Assembly: GCA_013239625.1 (NCBI GenBank)
Contig: MU054118.1
Coordinates: forward strand, 1 to 64,000
Direction: 5' to 3'
DNA: 64,000 nt
DNA from: Lama guanicoe
Taxonomy: Eukaryota
The position numbers were made by a program, and so were the translations under genes. The notes under the pieces were generated by a model, which worked only from the letters and a program-made list of their open reading frames with translations, did no database searches and was not told the DNA's origin. Shown here piece after piece: positions 53,241 through 64,000 of this stretch (positions are counted from its first letter, which is position 1; each line of letters opens with the position of its first letter).

Positions 53241-54099
53241 GCTAACCTTAAAAGTCTCCCCGGACTGAGATTGTCTTGATGTTAATCTTTGTTTTTCACT
53301 AGTTGTTAAATGATTTTTCACTTTTGACAAATTCATCTGGAATGACTCAAATACACTTTGAGTTTTGGTGGGAATGCAAATGCAGCTGAAGAAGGGTTGA
53401 TCTGATAACTGAGTGTTGTTATGATTACTGTGGCTATGGAGCTGTCCAGGTTGTTGCAATACTTACAATAAAAACTAAATGAAACTCTTGTTACCATAAA
53501 TGGATTTTACACATAAAAATTTACAACTGACTTGTAATATATTAACACATATGTAATTGTTTATATAGTTATTTTTAATTTAAGAATTATGAGTCTATGT
53601 TGTAATATAGTTATAAGTACTGATCATTTTCTGTTTAGATTGTTTGAACCAACCCATGAAAATCATTAAAAAGGTACTGAAGAGAAAGATATAAAAGATG
53701 ATAAAGCTTCAAAAAAAAGTTTGAAACTATACATAATTTTTAAAAATAAAGTCTTGTAGAATATAGAAAGCTTTGGAACAAGATTAATCAAGTTAAATCA
53801 GCTTGTAAGAACAAGATAATATCTGAAAAAAGTTTCTCTTACCTAATTGCAATACCCATGCCATTAGCATTCAGGGCTCATTCACTTTTCTTGTACGTAG
53901 GATTGCTAATAAAATGGTATTTTCTAAAGTGTTGCAAAAAGGAAGAAATAAACAAATCCATTAACTTTTCTGTTACATTTTTAACTGTGTACAATGATGA
54001 ACAAATAAATTTTATTATTATAAGCAGCCAATGAAAAATATTACTCATTTTTCATTCTTATGTTTTTGCTATTTTCTTTAATATCTTTCCATCTTTATT

Positions 54100-54696
54100 T
54101 CACATTTGTTATATTGATGTACAGTTAATTTACAATTGTATATTAGTTTCAGATATACAGCATAGGGTTTCAGTATTTTTACAGATTATACTCCAAGAAA
54201 AATTATTGTGAGATAGTGGGTATAATTCTCATGTTGTACAATATATCTTTTCAGTTTATTTATTTTCTACATAGGAATTTTAATTTCTTAATCCCCATAC
54301 TCCTATTTTGCCCCTCCCTCTTCTCTTTCTCCTTTGGTAACCACAAGTTTGTTTTTTATATCTGTGAATCTCTTTCTGGTTTTTTTTTAACATTTTTATT
54401 GATTTATAATCATTTTACAATATTGTGTCAAATTCCAGTGTTCAGCACAATCTTTCAGTCATTCATGGACACATACACACTCATTGTCACATTTTTTTCT
54501 CTGAGATTTAATCTCCTTCTGTTTTGTGTATACATTTGTTTGTATTATTTTTTAGATTCCACACATAAGTGATTTTATGCAGCATTTGTCTTTCTCTGAT
54601 TTCATTTCACTAAACATAATATTCTCCAGATCCATCAATGTTGCTGCAAATGGCAGAATTTCATTCTTTTTTTTTTATGGCTGAGTAATATCCCAG

Positions 54697-54742
<46 letters not shown>

Positions 54743-55945
54743 TATCACATCTTCTTTATCCACTCATCTGTTATTTGGAACTTGGGTTACTTCTATATCC
54801 TGGCTATTGTAAATAACGCTGCTATGAACACTGGGGTGTATGTATCCTTTCAAATTAGTTTTTTCATTTTTTCCTAGATATATACCCAAGAATGGAATTA
54901 TTGGATCATATGTTAGTCCTATTTTAGTTTTTTAAGGAACTTCCACACTGTCTTCCATAGGGGCTGCACCAATTTGCATTCCCACCAACAGTGTACAAGA
55001 GTTCCCCTTTCTCCACATTCTCACCAACAATTTGTTATTTGTAGACTTTTTGATGATAGCCATTCTGACAGGTGTGAAGTGATGTCTCATTGTGGTTTTG
55101 ATTTGTATTTCTCTAATAATTAGAGATGTTGAGCATCTTTTTGTGTACCTGTTAGCCACCTGTATGTCTTTTTTTGCAAAATTGTTTGTTAAAGTCTTCT
55201 GCCTATTTTTTGATTGAATTTTTTTAGTATTGAGTTGTAAAAGCTGTTTATACATTTTAGATATTTACTCCTTGTCATCCATATCATTTACAAACATATT
55301 CTCCAATTCAGTAGCCTGTCTTTTTGTTTTGTCAATGATTTCCCTTCTTGTGCAGTCTTTTAAGTTTAATTAGGTCCCTTTTGCTTGTTTTTGCTTTTAT
55401 TTCTTTTGCCTTAGGAGACAGATTCCCCCAAAATTGCTACTATTTATGTCAAAGAGTGTTCTGCCTATGTTCTCTTTGAAGAGTTTTATAGTTTCAGGTC
55501 TTTCATTTCGGCCTTTAATATATTTTGAGTTTATTTTTGTACATAGTGTGAGGAACTGTTCTAATTGCATCCTTTTCCATGTAGCCATCCAGTTTTCTCA
55601 GCACCATTTATTGAAGAGGCTATCTTTTCTCCACTGTATATTCTCACCTCCTTTGTTTTAGATTAATTGACCATAACATCTGTGTGTGGGCTTATTTCCA
55701 GGCCCTGCATTCTGTTCCATTGTTCTACATGTCTGTTTCTGTGCCAATGCCATACTTTGGATTACTGTAGCTTTGTAGTATAGTCTGAAGCCGGGAAGTG
55801 TGATATCTTCAGCTGTCTTCTTTTTTCTCAGATTTCTTTGGCAATTTGAGGACTTTTCTGGTTCTATGTAATTTTAGGATTATTTTTTCTGGTTCTGTGG
55901 AGAATATCATGGATATTTTGATAGAGATTGCATTAAATCTGTAGC
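54100..55945 (-). mobile_element. 5'-truncated L1, with a nested L1 3' stub (~54380-54510) and a (TG)n run at ~54699-54744
   Basis: ORF2 C-terminal remnants ([50 protein letters not shown]). The nested stub is flanked by aatctctttctg / aatctccttctg. Confidence 0.92.
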
Positions 55946-57294
55946 TTTAATGCGTCTTTTTTACTTTGGGTCTTTTTTACTTCTTCTTTTGCAAGTTTAA
56001 CTCATTAATTTCAAGTATCTTTTACTTTCCAATACAAGAATTTAAGGCTGTATGTTAACATTTAAGGACTACTGTATCTGAATTTCATCAGCTTGACATA
56101 TATTATTTTTGTTATTTGTCAATTCTAATTATCTTCTTTATCTTTTATCATTTCTTCTAAGCCCACATATTTTTCAGTGACAAATTTTTTATTTGCAAAA
56201 ACATGTTATTTTTCTAATCTTTCCCTTTTAGTAATTTCTCCTTTAGTCACTTTTTGGACAGAGACTATAGTCTATATGATGTCAGTGTTTGAAATAACTT
56301 GAAACTGGCAGTGTGACCTTAGAATTGACCAGTATTCATTAAAAAACCATCTTTGCTTTGAATTGTGTCTTGTGCAATGGTTGGGTTCAAAGATTTCTAT
56401 ACATGCATTAGTCTTTTTAATTGTGCTGTTTATGTATTCTCTATAGTGCTGTTTTTGACTGCCTCATCTATCAAATAGTAGGAAGATATGTTATTAACAT
56501 ATTAAAATATATTTGCCACTTTTTGGTAGATTAATTGCTCTTTATAGGTTTAAGATACTTCTATACTATGTTATTATATATTGCATACATATATGTTTAT
56601 AATGTTGTATCTTCCCAAAAAATTAGACTAGTATCATTCAATAGTGTATCTCTTTATCTCTAGTCATGGTTTAGGTTGAAACAATTTTTTTTCTGATATT
56701 AATAAGTTTACATTTTCTTTTGATTAATATTAATATTTCTGCCTCGTATATCTTTATCTTCTTTAGACATTTAGCCATTTGAGATTTAGTGTCTCACGTG
56801 TATCCCTTTTAGACAGCAAGTTATTTGGCTTTATTTTTAATTGACTCTATGATGGCTAGTTTTGTCCTTAACTAAGGGGCTTTTTGCAGTTAACATCTAT
56901 TATGATTACTGATGTATTACTGCATCCTATTTACATTCTATATGTCCCACTTGGTTATTTTTGTTCTATGTTTTGCCTTCTAAAGTATTGAATTATGTTT
57001 TATTTTCCCTCATTTCATTTTTTTCCTTCTACTGGTTTGAAAATTTTAAGTGTGTATTCTATTTTTTGGTACCCTTTTCTACTAGCTTATTCTCTACATG
57101 GAGTCATATGTAGTTAATATCTTTATCCTCCTACCAAACCATAAAAAGATTCTAAAAAAGATTATGATTCACATCCTTTCATCTTATATGACATTGTTTT
57201 GTTTTGTTTTCAAGCTTGTTTTCTCTCTGATACAAATGAGGTGTTATTATTGTTTTTTGCACTTGACATTGAACTCCATGTAGATATTCACATA

Positions 57295-57896
57295 ACATTT
57301 TTATTGTGATAAAAACATATAAAATTGCTATCAACCATTTTTAAATACACAATTCAGTGGTGTTAAATGCATGCACATTTTGTGAAACAGATCTCTAGAA
57401 CTTTTACATCTTGCAAAGCTGAAACTCTATATCCATTAAACAACTCTCCATTTTCCTCTTCCTCAGTTCCTGGTAAGCACCATTTACCTTCTGGGGTTTG
57501 TTTTGTTTTGTTTTGTTTTGTTTGTTGTTTTTTAATGAATTGACTACTTTAGATACCTTATATAAGTGGAGTCACACAGTATTTGTTTTTTGGGTTTTTT
57601 TTTTGTAAGTGGCTTATCTGTGTATAATGGCCTAAAGGCTTTACCATGGTGTAGCATGCATAAATTCTTAGGGATTGATGGACCATTTGGCAGTTCTACT
57701 TTTAGTTTTTTGAGGAACTTTCATACCATTTTCTATAGTGGCTGCACTATTCTAGAATCTTTCCAGCAATGCATATGGGGTCCAGTTTCTCCACATCATC
57801 AAAATGTGTTATTTTCAAGTCTTTTGATAGTCACCATTATAATGGGTGTGAAGTGATATCTCCTTATGGTTTTGATTTGCATTTCTCTGATGATTA
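57295..57896 (-). mobile_element. L1 3' fragment, internally deleted and cut by an LTR
   Basis: Same 3' UTR motif (catcttgcaaagctgaaactctat) as the 37.7 kb and 47 kb copies; ends at gatttgcatttctctgatgatta. Confidence 0.85.
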
Positions 57897-58488
57897 TGTT
57901 ACAGACTCCAAACTCATTCTGTTTGCCAGGGTACAGGGTTAAAGCCAAAGAAATAGATCTAATATGGAGTCAGATTCATTCTTTTCTATTACAACTGTAC
58001 ATGAAAGCTAAGAAAAACAGGGCTTTGAATCAGTGATTAAATGTATCTTCCCTTCAGTCTGCAGGAAAAGACTTGTTATTTATTTAGTTTAAAAGAGTAG
58101 GCAAGAATTCCTACTCAAGTCAGAATTCAGGCTTCTTTTATACTAAAAGGGTAAAGAGTGTGGTAGGTTGTTACAAACTTCTTGGTGTAGGAATTCTTTG
58201 TTCTTGCAGCTGTCCCTGTGTGTCAGATCACAGTGTCCCTGTAAACCTCCAACAAAAGAAATGTTGTTTTCTATTCTGCAACTTGTTATCTTTGTAGGAG
58301 TGCAAAAGTGTTACTATCCTTAAAGGTCAGAGCCTTGAGAATAGGCTCTCCTGTATATTTCAGGCTACAGGCAACATTGTTTCACAAAAGGTGCAGAGCT
58401 AGCAAGACTAAGCCTAGAAACCAGGGCACAGGGTTAAAGGAAAATGAACAGATCTAATATGGAGTCAGATTCATTCTTTTCTATTATA
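57897..58488 (-). mobile_element. Rearranged LTR of the same family as 5716-6246
   Basis: 57897-57921 and ~58105-58488 are reverse-complement matches to the 3' end and the body/5' end of the 5.7 kb LTR. An extra copy of the LTR 5' end plus flank is interposed. Confidence 0.85.
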
Positions 58489-58489
58489 A

Positions 58490-60870
58490 TTGTACATAAA
58501 AGCTAAAGAGAGAAGGGTTTTGAATCAGTGATTAAAGATATCTTCCCTTCAGCTTGCAGGAAAAGACTTGTTACTCATTTAGTTTAAAAGATGTTTCTTA
58601 AAAATGAGCTTAAAGATATTTGGCAAAATGTTCTTTCAGTGAAAGAAATGTATGCCCAGCACGTCATGCACTAGTGACTAGTATCCTGCCTGTGGCACTA
58701 GTATTTCTAAGGCAACATTCAAGTTGCAAGAGAATCTAACTTTCTACCAAGGGAAAGGTGTATGTTTCATTCCATCTGAATATCAAAACTTACTTTCAGA
58801 TTAGATTGGTAAACCTGTTTTGGACAAGCCACATGAAAGAAACTTTAGGCCCAGTGTTTTGTCTATGAAATAACATTAGGTGAAGAGACACATGCCTGGA
58901 GTGGCTTCTTTACCCTGCTGTGGCTCAAGTGTTTCCAAAGGTAAAAGGAAGTTGAATAAACCTCAAATTCTTAATAGGGAGGAAAACATTATCTACCGCC
59001 TGTGCCATCACAGTGTTAAACATGTTCCCACATGAGGTTCATAACAAGCTTTCTGTCAGGCTCCAGGAAAGAAATCTCGAGCAGTCATACACATGTGAAG
59101 AAAACTAACAGACCTGTGATGATACTACCACTAGGGCACCACATTGAGGCTGCTAAAAGATGTATCTTCCTATCTGTCTGTTTGCAATGGCTTCCTTTCA
59201 GATTAGATGTACATACATGTTTCTTACAAGCCACATGAAACACATTTGAGGCCCTCCCTTCTTTCTATTAGGTAGAGTTATACTCAGAAGCATATGCATG
59301 TGGCGAATTGTCCAACAGACCTGTAGGACCGCTGCCTCCAAAGCGCCACTGCGACCTTGGGAAGCCTGTCCTTCTGAATGTGATGAAACTTATCTTTTCT
59401 GCCACCTGCACCTAAAGCCTTGACCTGGCATTATACAAACAAATGTATCTGATGAGCTGCATGACAGAAACTTTTAACACCATATTCTTACACTGAAAGA
59501 AAGCTGCTCCCAGGGAGTCAGGCATGTATGGCACTGTGTAAGAGAGCTTTAGCACCAGTGCTTATAAGGATACAGCAAACTGTATGTAAAATGATTGGCT
59601 TCAAAGCCTGAATATATGATTCTTTTTTTAGCCCAAAGAAAAACTGGTTTTCAATCAGGTAAATCTGAACACCTACATGAAAAATTATTCAGGTATAGTG
59701 CAATTTTCCCTGAATGGAAGGTAAGCGTTGGGAGTGACACATGTAGGGAACAGTGTAATGTACTCATTTTTAAAGCTACATTGAAAGTGAGAAAAGCCTA
59801 GCTTTCTTTCTAGGAAAAAAATGTATCTATCTTTCCTTCTTCATGTAAAGGCTTGCTTTCAGATTTGATGTATGCATATATTCTTAAAAGTAATGTGAAA
59901 GATACTCATAGCAGAGAGTAGATTCAGTGACAGAGTTCCACTTAGTGATGTGTATGCAGTGAATTTAATAATAGGTCTGTAAAAATACTCCTTCTAAGGC
60001 TACACTGAGATTTCAAAAAAACATAGCTGTCTTTTGAGAAAAAGATGTATTTTTCTTTCTATATGATATAAATAGCTGTTCTTGCTAGCTATAGGAAAGG
60101 AATTTTACACACATGTTCTTACAGTAAATAGTTTCTACTATGCATATTTAATTGATACAGTCGTTAACTATTTCACAGTCCTGTGACACTAGTGTTTTTA
60201 AGGCTACCTAGAAGCTGTGCTAATTAGTTTTCTAACATCGAATATTAGTTAATGCCTTTCCATCTGCATATAAAAACTTCACATATCATATATATATCCA
60301 CATATATATATATATGTCTGTTATAAGCTATATCAAAACAATTTAGATGGTGTTCTTTCAGTTAAATTTAGTTACAGATAATGGGTGATGCATATATTTA
60401 ATTGTTTAATAGACGTAAAACATTAGTGTTTCTAAGGCTACCCAGAAGCTGGGCTAAGACTGTGACCTTGAACAGTAATGAATGCCTTCTGGTCTGCAGG
60501 TAAAGACTTATTCACATATAAGATGTATATATAGAGATGTTAGTTACAAACAATATGAATGAGTTTTTGCAGTTTTCTTATAGAGAAAGTTATACACATG
60601 CACATGGTGATGATGTCACTACTGTAACACTTGTGTTTCTAAGGCACTTAACGGCTGTGCTAAGCTTAATGATCTAACACTGAATGCATGTGAGAGCCTT
60701 CATGGCTGCATGTAATTAGCGTCATATTAGATATATGTATATAGATGTTCATTACAAGTTTATGAAAGAAACTTTTGGCATAGTGTTTTGTCCATGAAAG
60801 GAAGTTATATCCAGTGAGTGTTCTATGCAGTAAATTGTTTAACAGACCTGTCGCATGTCTAAGGCTGCTC
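58490..60870. repeat. Degenerate tandem array, ~11 units of ~195-235 bp
   Basis: A recurrent anchor resembling ctgtgacactagtgtttctaaggctac occurs at about 58690, 58918, 59114, 59321, 59547, 59753, 59977, 60181, 60414, 60622 and 60848, with other shared motifs (tctgcagg-aaagactt; caagccacatgaaa). Confidence 0.8.
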
Positions 60871-63800
60871 ATGTCCATGGAACACTCATTTTAAAGGAGG
60901 AATGTGAGAGTTTGTGCATCATATAAATTAGCATAGGAAGAAAAAAAAACACCACTAAAATGTAACTTAAATAGGTTTTATAATAATGTTCAAATTTTGC
61001 ATTAAATACATACTGCTTTTCCAAATAAATAACTGGACTTTGGGAATGAAGCATTAGAGAGATGGGGCCAGTGCACTCTGTGTGCCCCAGCTGTGTCCCT
61101 GACACAGTGGAGGTCCCACCACCACTGGACACACAGTCTCCCTTGCGCTTGATGATGGCTGTGTCTCTTGGCCTTGAGAGTTCTGCTGCCCAAAGTTGAC
61201 TGGGGCTCCAGCTAGCAGGATAGGATGTAGCTACAAGAGAGGGTTGATCCAGTTTGGCTACCAGAAGCCACAATTCAGGAATCACTCATAGTGTCTGCCC
61301 AGCAGCTGGAGTCTGGTCACCATGCAACAAGGTCTGGGAATGAGCAGGGAGACATGGACTCAGCTCTCTGGATGGGCCAGTGGGGAGAGCCCACCCTGAC
61401 TTTCTCCTCTCTTGCCTCACTGAGCTGCTCTCTGTCCCAGAACCAGGCACCAAATTGCTCTTCTGGCTGTAGGTTGTAATTTTCTGCTGTCACCTGATTC
61501 TGGGTCTTTGCATACATGGGAGCCCTCCTTCCCTGCAATTCTTTCCAGGCCCTATGTGTTTGCAGAGATGCAATAAATAGCCCCTCATCCAGGAATATTT
61601 CCCTGATGCCATCCCCTTTCCTCCACACATCAGGAGGATGGGTCTCCCACACCTCTGTTACCAAACTCTCCCAACAAATGTAAGCTACAGAGCATGGAGC
61701 CAGGCAGTGTTCTGCCCGGTGTCATCTCTGATTTCCTCCTCACACCCATCCCTGTGGGGATGGCCACTGCTGCTCACCTTCTTCTTCTTCTGGTGGTTGC
61801 TCTCATTCCCCCAGAAGACAAACACATACCAGAAAGAGCCTTCGAGTCATTACCAGTTCTCTATGCCCACCCCTTCTCATGTTGCACAACCCCAAGTTTC
61901 ACAAAGGGTCCTGGCAAGCACAGAAAACAGCACATGGACCAAGGCCACGCTCCTGGCCCCAGAGACAGTGGGATATGGGGCCTGAGTCTCACAGACCTTG
62001 TGGCACAAGCCTCTCTGATGACAGCCAGGGAGGAAGGGACTGCTCGCTCACTTATGTGTTGCTGGACTTGAAGGGCCCCCCACTTCATTCTTGCCCCTTG
62101 GATATCACTTGAGGAAGAAACTCAGTTCATGCAAAGCCTCCTGCAGCTTTGCAGTCAGGGACCTCTGCTGCTTCACTGGCCTTGAGAACTGGAACCAGTG
62201 GAGTCTCCTTTCACTTATTACTAAAAATGGACATGAATTTCCAGCTCACAGGGATGCTGTGAGGCTCTCCTGAGAGGAGGTCTGCCTCCTGCTGACAGTT
62301 CAGGGCTCAGTACTGGGGATCTCCCTTCCCAAGCCTCCATCCTTTTCCCCTCCTTGCCTGGCCCCCAGGCTCACTGCCCCACAGGCAGTCCTCCACCATG
62401 GAGCCCAACAGCATGAGTTCAGTGAGGATTATGCCAAGGAAGGTTGCCATCCGGGTGGGAGTGAGATGAGCCCCTGCTGTCAGGTGCCCCCACAGGCCCT
62501 CCTTTGAAAACTCCCCACCCTCCACGCCTGCCCAGGGGCTTCGTCTGGAGCAGCCTAGGGCCTTAATAACCTCCCCTCAATTTCCCTCCCTCCATCCCAA
62601 GAACATTAGACTCGTAGTCACTTCCAAAGGCCTGCATCTGGCAAATCACAGGTTATTTAATCCTTGGCCCCTTCCCGCCCCCAAATCCATCCTCAGCAGC
62701 TCTTCCAAGCCCTCCCGCTGCTCACTTTACAGGAGGATTTCAGGCCACTTGGCAACAGGCGTCAGGGCTGGAGGAAAAAGCCCCTTCCTCTCTGAGCTTG
62801 GAGGCCTCCAGCTAGGAGGGGAGACCCCTTCCCCTGACCCTGGGGCCCCTCTTCCACAGGACACTGGCCTTCCTCTGCAGCCTCTTCTGGGCTCCATGGA
62901 GGCTCATCATCAGGGTGGTGAACGTGGCGGGCTGCTCCTGCCAGGACTGGGGATGGGGTCATCGAGGCAATACTCCCCTCATCCCATTTCCCCCAACACC
63001 CCTGATCTCAGACCCTGGACATCTGACCCAAGTCAGCTGATACTCTGTCCTCCAGCAAGCTCTGATTCTAGGCTAATCCTTGGCCTCCCTGCCCCTGTTT
63101 TCTCTTCTGGAAAGTCTGTGCCACACAAGTTCTCATGAGGACATGGCACCATACTGCTGTCCCGCTACCATCACTGCTTCTCCCTCAGCCCTGCAGGTGT
63201 AGCAGGGAGCAACGGCTCCCTCTTCCTTTCTTCCCTCTCACCTCATCAGAGCCTTGTGAGGCCTGTACCAGGGGATCATCATCCCTCCAATTCCCAGATA
63301 AGGAGACACTGTATCAAAGAGCAATGAGTTGCTCAGGGCCCCACAGAAGAGAGGTTGAGCTTCCTCTTGGCCAGAGGCTCTGTCATAGCTTCCCTCCTCC
63401 CATCCCAGCCCCATCTGTCCTGTGCTTAAATCTCTCATTTTTTCAGGCCCCCATCTGGATAAAGCTGTGGATGGAGAAGGACAGGATGTCTAGGAGGCAT
63501 GGTTGAGTTCCCTGTCTGCCCCAGATGCACAGGAGTCTCTGCCATCCAGGCTGGAACCAAGGCTACACTGAAACCCTCACATCCCCAGGATCAGCGCAGG
63601 ACCTTCCTCTGACTGCAATATCCTCTCATCCACTCAGTAGAGTGACCCCTGAGGGGCCACCTCTGACCAACGGGGGAGAGGGTGGCAGTCAGTTTGCTTC
63701 TTTTTGTACATGAAGCTTCTGAGGGCCATTCAGGAAGGATCCACTAAAAATCCATCAGTTTCCCAGATACTTTTCTTTTTTGACAGCAACAGAATTTATT

Positions 63801-64000
63801 TTGAAATTATCCAGCTATTGTTCTTTTCCCTTACTACTGATATTTGATATTTGCACTTATATGATGCTTATAAACAGAAGCACCCTATCTTTGTGGTAAG
63901 CAGATTCATTAAATTCCTAGGAGCAATTGCTATTGGAATGAGTGTTAAATCTGGTGTGGGGCTGTGAACAGACCTATGACAGTGTAAGTTCTCTGACAGG

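Noticed and set aside
58490..60870. Tandem array interpreted as a CRISPR, C/D snoRNA or zinc-finger array
   Set aside because: Mammalian context; similarity extends across whole units rather than forming repeat-spacer pairs; no consistent C/D boxes per unit; no 84-bp coding period.

Overview
Mammalian genomic DNA, very probably a camelid (alpaca, llama or camel), judged from Vic-1-type tRNA-derived SINEs and artiodactyl-type L1 3' ends. I find no intact protein-coding gene; nearly all ORF-track entries are chance ORFs or L1 fragments. The window looks like a mosaic of duplicated segments. (1) ~1-23.1 kb is an intron-containing, multiply disrupted copy of the middle of CEP162 on the minus strand. 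(2) ~23.1-57.9 kb is an AT-rich, intron-containing, disrupted copy of TLL1 on the plus strand; it has exons 2, 3, 7, 8 and 9, but I could not find exons 4-6, which include the zinc-binding motif. (3) ~58.5-60.9 kb is an unrecognised degenerate tandem array (~215 bp unit, apparent ~430 bp dimer). (4) ~61-64 kb is a GC-richer segment I cannot identify. The first junction falls at a truncated L1 5' end and the second inside a rearranged LTR. Nested in these segments are an RPLP1 processed pseudogene, a U6-L1 chimeric retrocopy, solo LTRs, many LINE/SINE/DNA-element relics, a near-identical 520-bp-period duplication and a 62-N gap. Gene identifications rest on my manual translation compared with human protein sequences recalled from memory, not on a database search.
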